From assembly GCA_951406725.2 (NCBI GenBank), contig OX597829.1, forward strand, positions 29,822,001 to 29,886,000: a stretch of 64,000 bases of DNA. Direction: 5' to 3'. This DNA comes from Octopus vulgaris (taxonomy: Eukaryota). Numbering within the stretch: the stretch's first letter is position 1; every line of letters begins with the position of its first letter. Below, in pieces: positions 1 through 13,379 of this stretch. The position numbers and the translations under genes are program-made. The notes under the pieces were generated by a model. It saw nothing but the letters and a program-made list of their open reading frames with translations, was not told where the DNA came from and made no database searches.

Positions 1-758
1 CCACTTGACAACTGGTGTTGGTTTGTTTAATCCCCTATAAGTTAGCAGTTCAACAAAAGAGAGTGATAAAATATTTTTAAACACACACACACACACACGT
101 GTATATAACATGTTTGAAAAGCTGTTAACAACAAAAGTGCTTACACAATACAAAAGCTTCCTTTCAAAATAATTGTACCATTGTTATTTTTTAAAAAAAT
201 TATCTAATTAATAATTTGTTAATTTAAGACAATCTTTCTTCAAATACACACAGGTATGTATGAATGTGTGTGTGTATATACATATTCATTTAAATCTTTT
301 GGCATGGGTTTTATGGCATGATGCCCTTGCTATGATCAACCATTTAACTGTATGAACTAAGTGTATTTTATCACACCACAGGTGCTATAGACGTAGTTTG
401 CAGTGGGACTAAAGAATTCCTCCAAGTCTACAACTGTTATTTTTTTTTTTATAATCAGAGATATTTCTTTCTTAAATGGGTCACCTTCACTATAGCTTGT
501 GGATTACCAGTCTTACTCATTCCTTTTAGCATAGTCTTTACAAACTACTGTACCATATATTAGATAATGTAGTTTTAAATATACTGTAACTGAATAAAAG
601 ATGGTAAGTCACAACTGGAATGTCTTTGGACATAAATCTGCTGGATCACAGCTGACATGGGGTTAAGCAAAAAAATTGTTTTAAATGAAACTATATTCAC
701 TAATACTGATAACAATAGCATATACTGAATAATGTAGTCCTAGAAATCCAATGATGAA

Positions 759-1075
759 GGTGCATGGCTCAGTAGTTAGAGCATCGAGCTTACGATCGTG
801 AGGTTGTGAGTTTGAATCCCAGACTGGGCTGCATGTTGTGTTCTTGAGCAAGACACTTTATTTCATGTTGCTCCAGTTCACTCAGCTGTAGAAATGAGTG
901 CCAAGTTGTATCAGCCTTTGCCTTTCCCTTGGATAACACTGGTGGCGTGGAGAGGGGAGGCCGGTATGCATGGGCGACTGATGGTCTTCTATAAACAACC
1001 TTGCCCAGGCTTGTGCCTGGAAATGTAACTTCCTAGGTGCAATCCCACGGTCAGTCATGACCGAAGGGGGGTCTC
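759..1075 (+). mobile_element. tRNA-derived SINE (family A)
   Basis: A-box-like TGGCTCAGTAGTTAGAGC, B-box-like GAGTTTGAATCCC, body TTGTGTTCTTGAGCAAGACACTTT (fragment also at 23230-23300). Confidence 0.75.
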
Positions 1076-1207
1076 AGAAACCCAATATCTTAAGGAACTC
1101 CCTTGATGCCAGGTCTTTTTGATTAGAACTAACCTGGGGAGCAACAACAACAACAAAACCAGCAACTACAGCAATAGCCACTAAAGTATACATTAAATAA
1201 TGTCACC

Positions 1208-1528
1208 TTAACCTTTAAACTGGCCATAACTGGTCCATATATTCTACCTGTTTTATGTTCAGACTGACCAGATCCAGCCTCTCACACCTACCCTGCAATG
1301 TCATTCTAAAAATAAATAATCACATCTTCGAAATCTGGAAGATACACGGGCTTACAAAGAATAAGTCCTGGGGTTGATTTGCTCGACTAAAGGCAGTGCT
1401 CCATCATGGCCACAGTCACATGACTGAAATAGGTAAAAGAGTAAAAGAGTATGACAGGATTAATTCTCAAAAAATGTGAATAAATAAGCATTACATTTGA
1501 CAAAGCAATCTGTATGCTAAAAGGTTAA
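1208..1528. mobile_element. TTAA-bounded MITE (piggyBac-like) with a SINE 3' fragment inserted at about 1349-1450
   Basis: Ends TTAACCTTT...AAAGGTTAA. Confidence 0.5.
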
Positions 1529-1549
1529 ATATAGTATGTCTAAATATAT

Positions 1550-1770
1550 TGGTTTCAAATGTTGGCACAAGGCCAGCAAGCTTGGGGGAGGGGGTAAGTT
1601 CATTACATTGGCCCCAGTATGTGAATGGTATTTATTTTATTGACCCCCAAAAGGATGTAAAACAAAGTTGATTTTGGCAGAATTTGAACTCAGAACATAA
1701 AGATGGATGAAATTCCACACTTAGCATTTTGCCCAGCATGCTAACAGATTTAGTAGCAGGTTGCCTTACT
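1550..1770 (-). mobile_element. SINE with a Deu/Nin-like domain
   Basis: Minus strand carries a CATCCTTTT.GGGGTCAATAAAATAAATACC core; same family at 39670-39960 and 56715-56905. Confidence 0.65.
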
Positions 1771-1774
1771 ATCT

Positions 1775-2170
1775 TTTTATCTTTTATCTTTCACTCATTT
1801 CAGCCATTAGACTGTGGCCATGCTGGGGCACCACCTTGGAGAATTTTTTAATCAAGATTTATTTTATTTTTTAAGCCTGGTACTTATTCTATTGGCTGCT
1901 TTTGCTGAACTACTAAGTTATGGGGATGTAAACACACCAGCACTGGTTGTCAAGTGATGGGGTAGGGACAAACACTGGTACAAAGACACATGCACACATA
2001 AATATATACATACATATGACAGGCTTCTTTCAGTTTCCATCTACCAAATCCATTCAGAAAGTTTTGGTCAGCCTGGGGCTATAGTAGAAGACAATTGCCC
2101 AAGATGCCATGCAGTAGGACTGAACCAGGGACCATATGGTTGGGAAGAAAGGTTCTTACCACACAGCCAT
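1775..2170 (-). mobile_element. Abundant tRNA-derived SINE (family B)
   Basis: Homologous to the full-length copies at 8313-8700 and 9262-9645. Confidence 0.8.
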
Positions 2171-2720
2171 GTCTGTCTAAATATATTCTTTTCTACACTA
2201 GGCACAAGGCCCGAAATTTTTGGGGAGGCAGCCAGTCGATTAGGTTGGCTCCACTACGCAACTGGTACTTAATTTATTGAACATTTTTGGTCATGAATCT
2301 GCTGAGTCAGGGCTGAGTTAAACAAAAAAAAATTATAAAATTATAACAACTACAATATATATCCAATAATGTAGTCCTAAAAACACTATATCTTAGTAAA
2401 CTAAGGAGTTCTTTTGATACTTCGTCTCTTTGGTTCAGACTGACTTGGGTCTCAACAACAGCATCAGTGACAATAACCACCATACTTATACATAAAATAG
2501 TGTCATCTTAAATGCACAATGTCTGAATATAATAAAGAGCTTATTGTATACGGTACTAAAAAAATATGGGATGGTGACAACTGGGACATCTTTGATCCTA
2601 GGCCTGTTGATCAAGGTTGAACTGGGGCTAAACAAAACCACCCTGTAAGAACAATAGCATGATTGTCACACCTAAATATTTCATATATTTCATATATTTC
2701 TCTTTTATAAATCAGCTCAT

Positions 2721-2753
<33 letters not shown>

Positions 2754-3074
2754 AACAACAACAACAGTATTAGCTAGAGCTATCCATAAAAATCTCATAA
2801 AGCATTCAAACCAATCAAACTATATTGAATCTATAAGTTATATTAAAGAAACACCCCCTTTGTCCTTGTTTACCTGCTTTTATTTAGATTTTTGGGTCAC
2901 TGAGAATGTTTCCATTCCTTTCTCAATTACTGAAAAATAGCAGTTTTTCTAATGATGTTGCAAGAGTCAATTCTATTTATTCCTTGACAATTTTCATTAG
3001 AGGAATAATAATTTCTTACATCAGTAGCAGAAGAAGGTAGGATACTGTAAGATATTTTACTCAGAGGTATACTC

Positions 3075-3292
3075 TTTTACTCTTTAACTCTTTTACTCTT
3101 TTTCTTGTTTCAGTCATTTGACTGCGGCCATGCTGGAGCACTGCCTTTAGTCGAGTAAATCGACCCCAGGACAAATTCTTTGTAAGCCTAGTACTTATGC
3201 TATCAGTCTCTTTTGCTGAACCGCTAAGTCACGGGGACGTAAACACACCAGCATCGGTTGTCAAGCGATGTTTGGGGACAAACACAGACACA

Positions 3293-3346
<54 letters not shown>

Positions 3347-3515
3347 CATATATACGACAAGCTTCTTTCAGTTTCTGTCTACCAAATCCACTCACAAGGC
3401 ATTGATCGGCCAGAGGCTATAGTAGCAGACACTTGCCCAAGGTGCCGTGCAGTGGGACAGAACCCAGAACCATGTTGTTGGTAAGCAAGCTACTTACCAC
3501 ACAGCCACACCTGCA
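3075..3515 (-). mobile_element. SINE family B, full length with internal (CA)n
   Basis: GGCTGTGTGGTAAG head and (GAGTAAAA)n tail on the minus strand. Confidence 0.85.
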
Positions 3516-3939
3516 CCATTCTAACAATAAAAAAAACTGTATCATTTTCTAATTTCCCTCAACGATAGTGGAGTGATTGAAAAAAGCCTTCTGTCTTGCT
3601 GTATTTAGTTATGCTGCTTTATCTTTCTCGTTCAAATCCATCCAGAGCTAGCTTTGTTTTATATTTTATTGTGAGTTGGACATGAAATATCTTGCTGTAT
3701 TTGGATGTGATCTTTCACATTTTGAGTTCAAATCCCTCTGTAGCTGACTGTGTCTCTCTTCATTTTGGATTTTGATAAAATAAAATAAAATGAGATTGAC
3801 ATAATCAGCTGTTAATCTACCTTAATCCATCAACAAAAGAAGAAAAGAAATCAATCAGGCCAATCACCCATTTAAGTGTACATCTCAGTTCAGTAACAGG
3901 TTGAAATCGAGTCAGTTTATTCCACACTAAAGTGTGGCA

Positions 3940-4133
3940 TAATCATCATAATCATCCTTATGATGATGATCATCATCATCATTGTCAGCATCATCATCAT
4001 TGATATTGCAACTCTTAGCTCCATTTCTTTGTTGCTGTCTTGTCATTGTTATTGCTTTTGTCATCATTGTTGCTGGTGTCATTGTTGTTGTTGTTGCCAT
4101 TTTCATTGTCTTTGTTGCTGTTGTCAATCATTG

Positions 4134-4207
<74 letters not shown>

Positions 4208-4220
4208 GTCGTCGTCGTCG

Positions 4221-4257
<37 letters not shown>

Positions 4258-4500
4258 TACCATCATCACCATCACCACCATCATTATTGTCAATATTGTC
4301 ATCGTCATTATTATCATCATCTTCATCAATCATCTTTGTTGTCATCAGTGTCATCATCATCATCTTTGTTGTTATCAGCAGTAACAGCAGCAGTGGCAAT
4401 ATCTTTATCATCGTTGTCATCATCATCTTCATTATCAGCAGTAGCAGTTGCCATAGTCATTGCCATCGTCATCGTCATCATCATCATCATCATCAATGGC
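3940..4500. repeat. (CAT)n microsatellite with degenerate trinucleotide flanks
   Basis: Nearly pure CAT/CGT run about 4136-4257 inside decayed triplets. Confidence 0.95.
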
Positions 4501-4898
4501 ATCATTTTATGTCCATTTTCCATGTTGACATGGATTAAACAGGTGGAAATGGTTCAAATCAATTATTATTCAAAGTGACTACTCTCATACATGGGTCAAA
4601 GACCCTGTCTCATTCATATATTATCACATTGTTGACATGGTGTTTACATCTGGTACCCTACCTAACACCAAACACTCTTTAGTGGATGCACTGAGTGCAT
4701 TTTTTATGACACCAGCATCAGAGGAGTAGCCATGTCCTTGACAAGACATTGTTTTTGCTAAATAAATATTAAATAGTGAATTTACAACAAAAGTTAAGGT
4801 TTTACAAACTTTTAATACTTACCATTGAAAAATTCCCCCTCAAAATAAACAATGTTACAGTTATATTTAGAGTAAGATAAAGAATAGACTCACATACA

Positions 4899-5692
4899 TA
4901 TAGGGTAGTCTGAAAGTCTTGTTACCCCCCTACACACTGTATATTATTGTCATTGTTTTAGTAAAATAGTAAGTGCTGCACCCCACTATGTTATCATTGT
5001 CCAGGAGTATCTAAATGATGTCTTTCAGGATAGATAGATGGATAGGGCAAGGATTGCAACAACTTCCAACACCTGTGTCTCATGTTTTGTGGTAATGCTC
5101 TGTAGGGTATTATCAAAGAGAGAATTTCACATGAATGATACCAGAATACCAATCAGTTGAAGGATGCCATTCGGAGAGCCTTTGCAACAATCACCAAAGC
5201 ACATCTCAGTTCCGTAACAGGTTGAAATCGAGTCAATTTATTCCACACTAGAGTGTGGCGTAATCATCATCATCATCCTTATGATGATGCTCATCATCAT
5301 TGTCAACATCATCATCATTGACATTGCTACAAGCCCACATCTTCACTGAGAAAAGCAACATTAAGTGGCAACTAGTTTGTGTGTGTGTGTATGTGTCTTT
5401 GTACTTGTGTATCCCCCTCACTGCCTCTTGGCAGCTGGTGTTGGTTTGTTTACATCCTCATAACAAGTGGTTTTTCAAAGCACAGCTTGAAAAAATATCG
5501 CACAAGATATGGCACCACATCATTTTGTGCCGCGAAAGTGATGGTGTTCATACGGACCTTCTTGATATGTGACAGCATCAATGAAAGTGAATAAACTAAA
5601 TCCAGTTTGTGCCTTGGATTACTGCATTACTTGTTCTTCTATTGTTCTCATTACTTTCTGGTAGGGAGTAACATGACTTTTGGACCACCCTG
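4899..5692 (+). mobile_element. Defective Tc1/mariner-superfamily element (internally deleted) carrying a templated insertion
   Basis: Imperfect TIRs AGGGTAGTCTGAAAGTCTTGTTACCCCCCTAC and GTAGGGAGTAACATGACTTTTGGACCACCCTG+TA. Transposase C-terminal relics AAPHYVIIVQEYLNDVFQDR..WIG and KAQLEKISHKIW...DGVHTD. Confidence 0.7.
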
Positions 5693-5889
5693 TATATCAT
5701 CATCATTACCATTATCATTCAATGTCATTAAAATGTTACAATTCTGAAACTGCTGTAATAGTAAATTACATCAGTCAAGACTGCTATCACACAATAGCAA
5801 TATGGTTAATGAAATCAGGAATACATACGCTAATGTGAAATCAATGTTTCTCACTGCTGTGAAGTACTGAGTTAGTTTTTGTGGTTTCA

Positions 5890-6144
5890 TATCTTTTATC
5901 TTTTATTTGTTTCATTCATCTGACTGGAGCCATGCAGGAGAACCCCCTTGGAGAATTTTAGTTGAACGAATCCACCACAAGATTTATTTTTTAAGCCTGG
6001 TACTTATTCTGTTGGTGCCTTTTGCCAAACCACTAAGTTATGAGGACGTAAACACACCAACACCAGTTGTCAAGAGGCAGTGAAGGGGATACACAAACAC
6101 AAAGACAGACAGACAGAAAGACAGACAGACAGACAGACAGACAG

Positions 6145-6215
<71 letters not shown>

Positions 6216-6358
6216 CTACGGGCTTATTTCAGTTTCTGTCAACCAAATCTGCTCACAAGCCTGAGGCAACTTGTCCAAGGTGCCACACAGTGGGAATGAA
6301 CCTGGAACCATGTGGTTGCGAAAGTAAACTTCTTGCCATACAGCCATGCCTGTGCCTA
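5890..6358 (-). mobile_element. SINE family B, diverged
   Basis: Homology to the other copies; (GACA)n(CA)n middle. Confidence 0.8.
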
Positions 6359-7689
6359 TATAAAGTTTAAAAGAGAAAGTAAAATATAGCTGCCACTTAA
6401 TGTAGCTTTTCTCAGTGAAGATGTGGGTCTGTGATGATTGAAAGTTGGGGTGGAAAAAAATTAAAGGGAAAGATGGGGAGAGGGAGAGGAGTGCAGTAAC
6501 TAAATAAGAATTTGTACTATGAAGAGATCAGGTGATGATAACCATTATAACCCATAGCGGATTATAAGGGAAGGATTATAAAGAATAGTAGATTATAAGG
6601 ACAGGTGGTGATCAAGACAACCAGGAGGTTTATCAAAGTATAGACCTTAGTGGTGGTAGGTTATTGCATAGGTGAGTGAACAACAAAGAAAACCAGATGA
6701 AAGTGGCCATCAATGGGGTTAGCATACAAGGATACAGATCATTGGAGTGGGAGGGTGATGAATGGCGTGCTGGTAAGAGAAGGAGGAGGAGAAGGTGTGA
6801 GAATTACAATACTTTATTATAGTTGATAGGGGACTTACAAAAAAATAATAGGGAGGGGGCCTGGTTCTAAGGATAGAATTATATGGATAAGGCAATGAGA
6901 TAAAATTTTGCAGAATTTATGCCTGCACATGGAAATTGCATTAGAGATGCAATTTAAAAGAGAGACCTCATTGTGGTGTAATATAATATAGTGAGTGATT
7001 CATGGTGATACAAATGACTTGGTCATTGATTTCCTACGTAGGGAAATTTGACCACAAACTATGGACCAGGACAGGAGTATTTTGAGGTGGTGTATTTTGG
7101 TGGTAACTGTCTTTTGAGTGGCAGCTACTTGTGCTATAATGTTGTGTATAAATGTACTGTCTCCATCCTATGGACCTGCTCCATCAAGCTTTACATTTGT
7201 AATATGATTGATTTTAAGCAGTGATATCTTTTACATCTCAGCTCTTTCTATAATAGTGCCATGAAACAATCTACCTCCTTTGCCACCCAAATACACCACC
7301 TCTAGTATGTATTATGCCACAATAAGGTCTTCCTACTAAATTACTTCCCTGATGTAACATCCATATGCAGGTGTAAGCTTTGCAAAACCTTCTCTCGTTA
7401 CCTTAAATCCTTATAATTCTATTCATAGAACTAGCCTCCCTCATTTTTTTTTTAAAGCCCCAAACAACTATAACAGAGTATTGTAATTTTCACACACTTC
7501 TCTCTCACTCTCTTCCCTTTCTTATCAGTACACCATAATTCCCCTCCCACTTTAATGACCTGCATCCTTGTATACTGACACAATTGGCTGCCATCTTTAT
7601 CTGGTTTTGTCCATGCAACTAACACTTACTACCTACCACAAAGTATTCCCTGCCATTGCCTACCTCAGTGTTGTTTCTCAACCGTTTTT

Positions 7690-7934
7690 TACTTTTTCTT
7701 TTTATCTTTTATTTGTTTCAGTCATTTGGCTGCGGCCATACTGGAGCACCGTCTTTAGTCAAATAAATTGACCCCAGAACTTATTCTTTGTAAGCCTAGT
7801 ATTTATTCTATCATTCCTTTTGCTGAACTGCTAAGTTACAGGGACGTAAACATACCAACGTCAGTTGTCAAGCGATTTTGGGGGGATAATCATAGACACA
7901 CAAATACACATACACACACACATAGACACACACA

Positions 7935-7987
<53 letters not shown>

Positions 7988-8190
7988 ACACACATACACA
8001 CACACACGCACGCACACATGCACACACACATCACGGGCTTCTGCCAGTTTCCACCTACCAAATCCACTCAAAAGTCTTTCGTCAATCTGAAGCTATAGTA
8101 GAAGACACTTGCTCAAGATGCCACACAGTGGGACTGAACCCAGAACCATGAGGTTGGTCAGCAAGCTACTTACCACACAGCCATTCCTGT
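7690..8190 (-). mobile_element. SINE family B
   Basis: Full-length homology on the minus strand. Confidence 0.85.
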
Positions 8191-8312
8191 GCTTATATAG
8201 CCACTTCTGTGCCTATACAGCCACTCTTGTGCCTATGGACTCTTTTGATAACTATTTTATTCTGGTGGATCCCAACAGCCATTGGATGTTTAAAAACTAG
8301 TTTATATAGGTA

Positions 8313-8700
8313 CAGGAGTGGCTGTGTGGTAAGTAGCTTGCTTACCAACCACATGGTTCCAGGTTCAGTCCCACTGGGCAAGTGTCTTCTACTATAGCCT
8401 TGGACCGACCAAAGCCTTGTGAGTGGATTTGGTAGACGGAAACTGAAAGAAGCCCGTCGTATATATGTATGTGTGTGTTTGTGTGTCTGTGTTTGTCCCC
8501 ACAACATTGCTTGACAACTGATACTGGTGTGTTTACGTCCCTGTAACTTAGCAGTTCGGTAAATGAGACCGATACAATAAGTACTAGGCTTACAAAGAAT
8601 AAGTCCTGGGGTCGATTTGCTCAACTAAAGGTGGTGCTCCAGTATGGCTGCAGTCAAATGATTGAAACGAGTAAAAGAGTAAAAAGAGAGTAAAGAGAGA
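8313..8700 (+). mobile_element. SINE family B, full length
   Basis: GGAGTGGCTGTGTGGTAAGTAGCTTGC...GGTTCAGTCCC head; GAGTAAAAGAGT tail. Confidence 0.88.
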
Positions 8701-8819
8701 TACTTTTTCCAAAAATTCCTATTTTGTTATTCACACATTCACTTGCTTAAGTTGAATTGTGTAGAATGAGTGAGAAAAACTGGCAATAAATGCATCTAAA
8801 TCAAAACTTTTTCATGGCC

Positions 8820-8927
8820 ACTTAATATACAACTGTGGATCCCCAACTTACTATTATGCTTGTATGGACCCCCAAAAATCTTGTATGGACCTCCTGGGGC
8901 AATATAGACCCCAGTTGAGAACTACTG
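8820..8927. mobile_element. hAT-like MITE terminal fragment
   Basis: Repeated GGACCCC subterminal motifs ending CCCCAGTTGAGAACTACTG. Confidence 0.4.
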
Positions 8928-9261
8928 GTCTACATTTTGACAGACCTCTCTGTTGGTTTGATCACTTCTTTCCCTTATAATCTGTCTCTTGACTCTAATT
9001 ATTATCAACTGATCTCTTCATAGTACTCATAGTACAAATTCCTATTCAGTGATTGCAACCCTCTTCCTCTTGTCATCTTTCCCTGTAGTATTTTCCTTAC
9101 CTCCCCACTCACTACTTCAAATGTATATATTTGCAAAGATTGCTATACACATTTAACAACATTCTATCAAAGAGGGTAACTTAGCCTTTACCAAACAGAT
9201 CCTTAGGAACTTGGGTTACTCCATACTCCTATGAAATATTAAGTAATAAAAACGATTGTGG

Positions 9262-9645
9262 TGGAAGTGGCTATGTAGTAAGTAACTTGTTTACCAACCA
9301 CATGGTTCCGGGTTCAGTCCCACTGCGTGGTACCTTGGGCAAGTGTCTTCTACTATAGCCTCGGGCCGACCAAAACCTTGTGAGTGGATTTGGTTGACGG
9401 AAACTGAAAGCAGCCCGTCCTATATATGTATATATATGTATATATGTGTATGTTTGTGTTTGTCCCCCTAGCATTGCTTGACAACCGATGCTGGTGTGTT
9501 TATGTCCCCATCACTTAGCAAAAGAGACCGATAGAATAAGTACTGGGCTTACAAAGAATAAGTCCCGGGGTCGAGTTGCTCGATTAAAGGCGGTGCTTCA
9601 GCATGGCCACAGTCAAATGACTGAAACAAGTAAAAGAGTAAAGAG
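9262..9645 (+). mobile_element. SINE family B, full length
   Basis: Same structure as 8313-8700. Confidence 0.88.
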
Positions 9646-9856
9646 TATGGCATAAACCATAGTTCACCCGAAACAGCTGTCAAGATAAGACTATTACATA
9701 AATCATATTGTTTATTTTATTTTATTTTCCTTGATACTCTGTATTTTGTATTCCATGTAAGCCTATTTTTGTTTATCTGACAGGTTTACTTCTATATCAA
9801 CATATTCATACATACACACTTGCACAGATACATATAAAACTCTCTCTACATACACA

Positions 9857-9887
<31 letters not shown>

Positions 9888-10079
9888 TCGTCTTTCACTG
9901 TCTAACAACAGGGTTAACTGATAACTAAGAGCAAACAGTTAAATTTTGGTTCAGATGGTTTCTTCATTTACATTCAGTGTCAAACAATACAGGTCAACAA
10001 AACCAATCTGATTTATCTAAAAATACTCACCAGCCATTGTGTTTTGCATTTCCGTTTGTTTTATATTTTCTTGCAGTTG

Positions 10080-10179
10080 ATTTTGTGTGGATGTATGTGT
10101 GTGTGTGCATGCATGCATGTGTGTGTGTGCCTGTGTGCATGCATAAGCGTGTGTGTCTGTGTCTGTTTGTGTACATGTA

Positions 10180-10210
<31 letters not shown>

Positions 10211-10232
10211 CATCAAAGCGGACGTTAAATGA

Positions 10233-10289
<57 letters not shown>

Positions 10290-10688
10290 TATGTGTGGGT
10301 GTTTGTGTATGTCTGTGTATGAGTGTATGTGAGTGTATGAATGTGTATCAGTGTGTATGAGTGTGTGTGCGTGTGTGCATGTGTATATCTGTGTACAGCC
10401 ACACATGTGTTTGTGTATGTGTGTGTACATGTAAGTGTGTATGTGTAAAATGTGTGCACATGCACGTGAATATGTGTACTTATGCATGTGTTTATGTGAG
10501 TGATTGCATGTGTATGTGAATGCATGTATTTGTGTGTCTTAATTTGTGTGTTGTATGAAAGACAGCCAAGAGTGAAGCTGTGTGGAGCAAAGAGAAAGAA
10601 AAGGGAGTTGGTGTGCAGCTGTGTTTTTATGTGAGTGTGTGTGTATGTGTGTGTGTGCATGTGTGTGTGTGTGTGTGATTGTGTGTGT

Positions 10689-10752
<64 letters not shown>

Positions 10753-11075
10753 GTGTATGTGTGTGAAAGGAGAGAGAAGGTGAGTAGAGATGCATAAAGT
10801 AAATAGAGAGGGATTGAGTGATGTGAGAAATGGTGGAGCTGAGTGTCTGTATATGCAAATGTGAGTGTCTGAGTGTATATATATCAATGATAGAGAGTGA
10901 GAGGAAGGGGGTATGAATGCTACAGAGAGAAAGCAAAGGATGGTAGGAGGGAGTGAGGGAGAGAGAGAGAGATGAATGATAAAGAGCAAGTATGTGTGTA
11001 TGTATGTTAGTGAGTGTTTGTGCATGTGTGCGTAAGAGAGTGTATACGTGTGTGCATTTGTGTATGTGTGTTTGG
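10080..11075. repeat. Compound (GT)n/(AT)n/(GA)n microsatellite field
   Basis: Direct reading; explains the HT-repeat pseudo-ORFs. Confidence 0.9.
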
Positions 11076-11199
11076 TATTTTGAACCAATCAATAATATTT
11101 TAGGATTGGGTCCACACTCACTCTTCAGAATCATCATCATCATAGTCATCGTCATCGTTCTTGTCATCGTCGTCGTCATCATCTTGATCATCATAATCA

Positions 11200-11408
11200 T
11201 CAACATCATCATCATTTAACGTCTGTTTTCCATGCTAGCATGGGTTGGACGTTTTGACCAGGGTCTGGGAAGCCAGGAGGCTGCAAGTCTGATCTGGCAG
11301 TGTTTCTACAGCTGGATGCCCTTCCTAATGCCAACCACTCTGTGAGTGTAGTGGGTGCTTTTTACATGCCAGGGAAGGCTGGCAGCGGCCACGATCAGTT
11401 GGTGCTAT
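11200..11408 (-). mobile_element. RTE LINE 3' terminal fragment
   Basis: Reverse complement of the shared 3' end ...GGAAGGGCATCCAGCTGTAGAAAC...CCATGCTAGCATGGAAAA...(TGA)n. Confidence 0.8.
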
Positions 11409-11503
11409 TGAAAAAATGATATAAATTTAACCTTCCAGTCAAATTACATTTCACGTGTTGTGATAATTGTATAGGTACATACATACAGATAAATAAACAC
11501 ACG

Positions 11504-11547
<44 letters not shown>

Positions 11548-11949
11548 GTCTTCTCACACATCAAACTGTAATGTATATGGAGGTATCATCAGTCATATTT
11601 CCTGGAGTCACTGACTCCCAACACTCTTACCCAGGTGACCCACTCAGTGTTGATCAATGCCCCAGCTTGTGTCCTGTTAGCACTACCTCTAGCAGCTCAT
11701 CTTTTTTAGAGCTTAGAACTGCTGATCCACAGCTATTGCATCCATAACCAACACCATGGTCTTCCTCCTACTGGCTCCTATGATGTCCTTTTGTTGCAAA
11801 TTCTCTATATCCCACCCCAATTTCAAATTTCACCTACTCAGTATACTTCTACTTTTCTGCTTGTTAATTTCTTTCAAAAACGTTTCCCATATACATATGC
11901 ATGCACATTCACATGTATTTTTATACATGTGTGTTTACATATATATACG

Positions 11950-12710
11950 TGCCCTGAGAGAAATGTTGGACATAAGAAGCATCGGATGTGGCGTGCAAGA
12001 GAGATGTTTGCGCTGGTATGATCATGTACTACGGATGGATGAGGAGAGATGTGCAAAGAAGTGTCACTCCCAAACAGTTGAAGGAATCTGGAGTAGAGGT
12101 AGACCCAGGAAGTCATGGGATGAGGTGGACAAGCATGACTTTCAAACGCTGGCCTTCACAGAGGCAATGACGAAAGATCGAGACCTCTGGAGATATGCTG
12201 TGACTGCAAAGACCCAGCAAATAAAGTGAGTTCATGGCTGTATCCTACACCAGTTTTGCATAACCAGCCCCAGCCCATTCAAAAGTACATTGGATTGTAG
12301 GGTGACCTGCTGTGCTTGAGGAGACCTATTGAGTCAAGTACATCAATATTAAAATAATAATCAAATAGAAATTGTAGTTGTGATACCCGTGCCAGTGGCA
12401 CGTAAAAAGCACCATCCAAACGTGGCTGATGCTAGTGCCAGCTTGACTGGCTTCCGTGCCGGTGGCACGTAAAAACCACCAACTGATCGTGGCCATTGCC
12501 AGCCCTATCTGGCCCCTGTGCCGGTGGCTCGTAAAAAGCACCCACTACATTCATGGAGTAGTTGGCGTTAGGAAAGGCATCCAGCTGTAGAAGCACTGCT
12601 AGATCATTCTGGAGTCTGGTGCAGCCTCCTGGCTTCCCAGACCCTGGTCAAACCGTCCAACCCATGCTAGCATGGAAAACAGATGTTAAACAATGATGAT
12701 GATGATGATG
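11950..12710 (+). mobile_element. 5'-truncated RTE LINE (ORF C-terminus, 3' UTR, (TGA)n tail)
   Basis: LRWYDHVLRMDEERC...RGRPRKSW motif followed by the family 3' UTR. Confidence 0.88.
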
Positions 12711-12998
12711 TCTATATATACATATGTGCATGTGTGTGTGTGTGTGTGTGTGTGTTTGTGCTTGTATGTGTGTGTATATATGTGTGTAATTCCTTGACTT
12801 TGTATCCTGTGATAGTCGTAAAATAGGTCAGTCATACAAGTGGTTTGTTTTTAATCTTTCAAGAAAATTTGTCTAGTCACAGTTTTCCTATAGAACTTGT
12901 GTGACCTAGAAACAAAGAAACAGGTGAGGGTTGACAACTGGTAAAGCATCTGACCATAAAAAAAATATCTGCCTCAATAAATTATGTATGTATGTATG

Positions 12999-13054
<56 letters not shown>

Positions 13055-13225
13055 TATTTATAAGGTTAGTAATGTTAGAGGTTGGTCTAAGGGATAAAAA
13101 TATCCGTTATACTACCGGTATAATTACCTAAGTTAACCCTGGAGATAATATGCAAGAATATTATGCTCATAGGTTACAGGCAATGACAAAGATAAACATG
13201 AGTTTATCATGAATCAAATTTAAAG

Positions 13226-13259
<34 letters not shown>

Positions 13260-13379
13260 TATACATGTACATACATTTGAAACATACTTTTAATTAACTG
13301 TGTTCACTTGATATGCCATTTGAAAGTGCAGGTTTTAGTTTATTGATTTATGGCTAATGGATTTGGTTTCATTTCTATC

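Noticed and set aside
759-830. tRNA gene
   Set aside because: The tRNA-like head continues into a SINE body with no full cloverleaf
3927-4578. Poly-His/Ser/Ile/Met/Asp ORFs
   Set aside because: Translations of a (CAT)n microsatellite, open in nearly all frames
9977-11219. 384-aa and other HT/CV/YI-repeat ORFs
   Set aside because: Dinucleotide microsatellite artefacts
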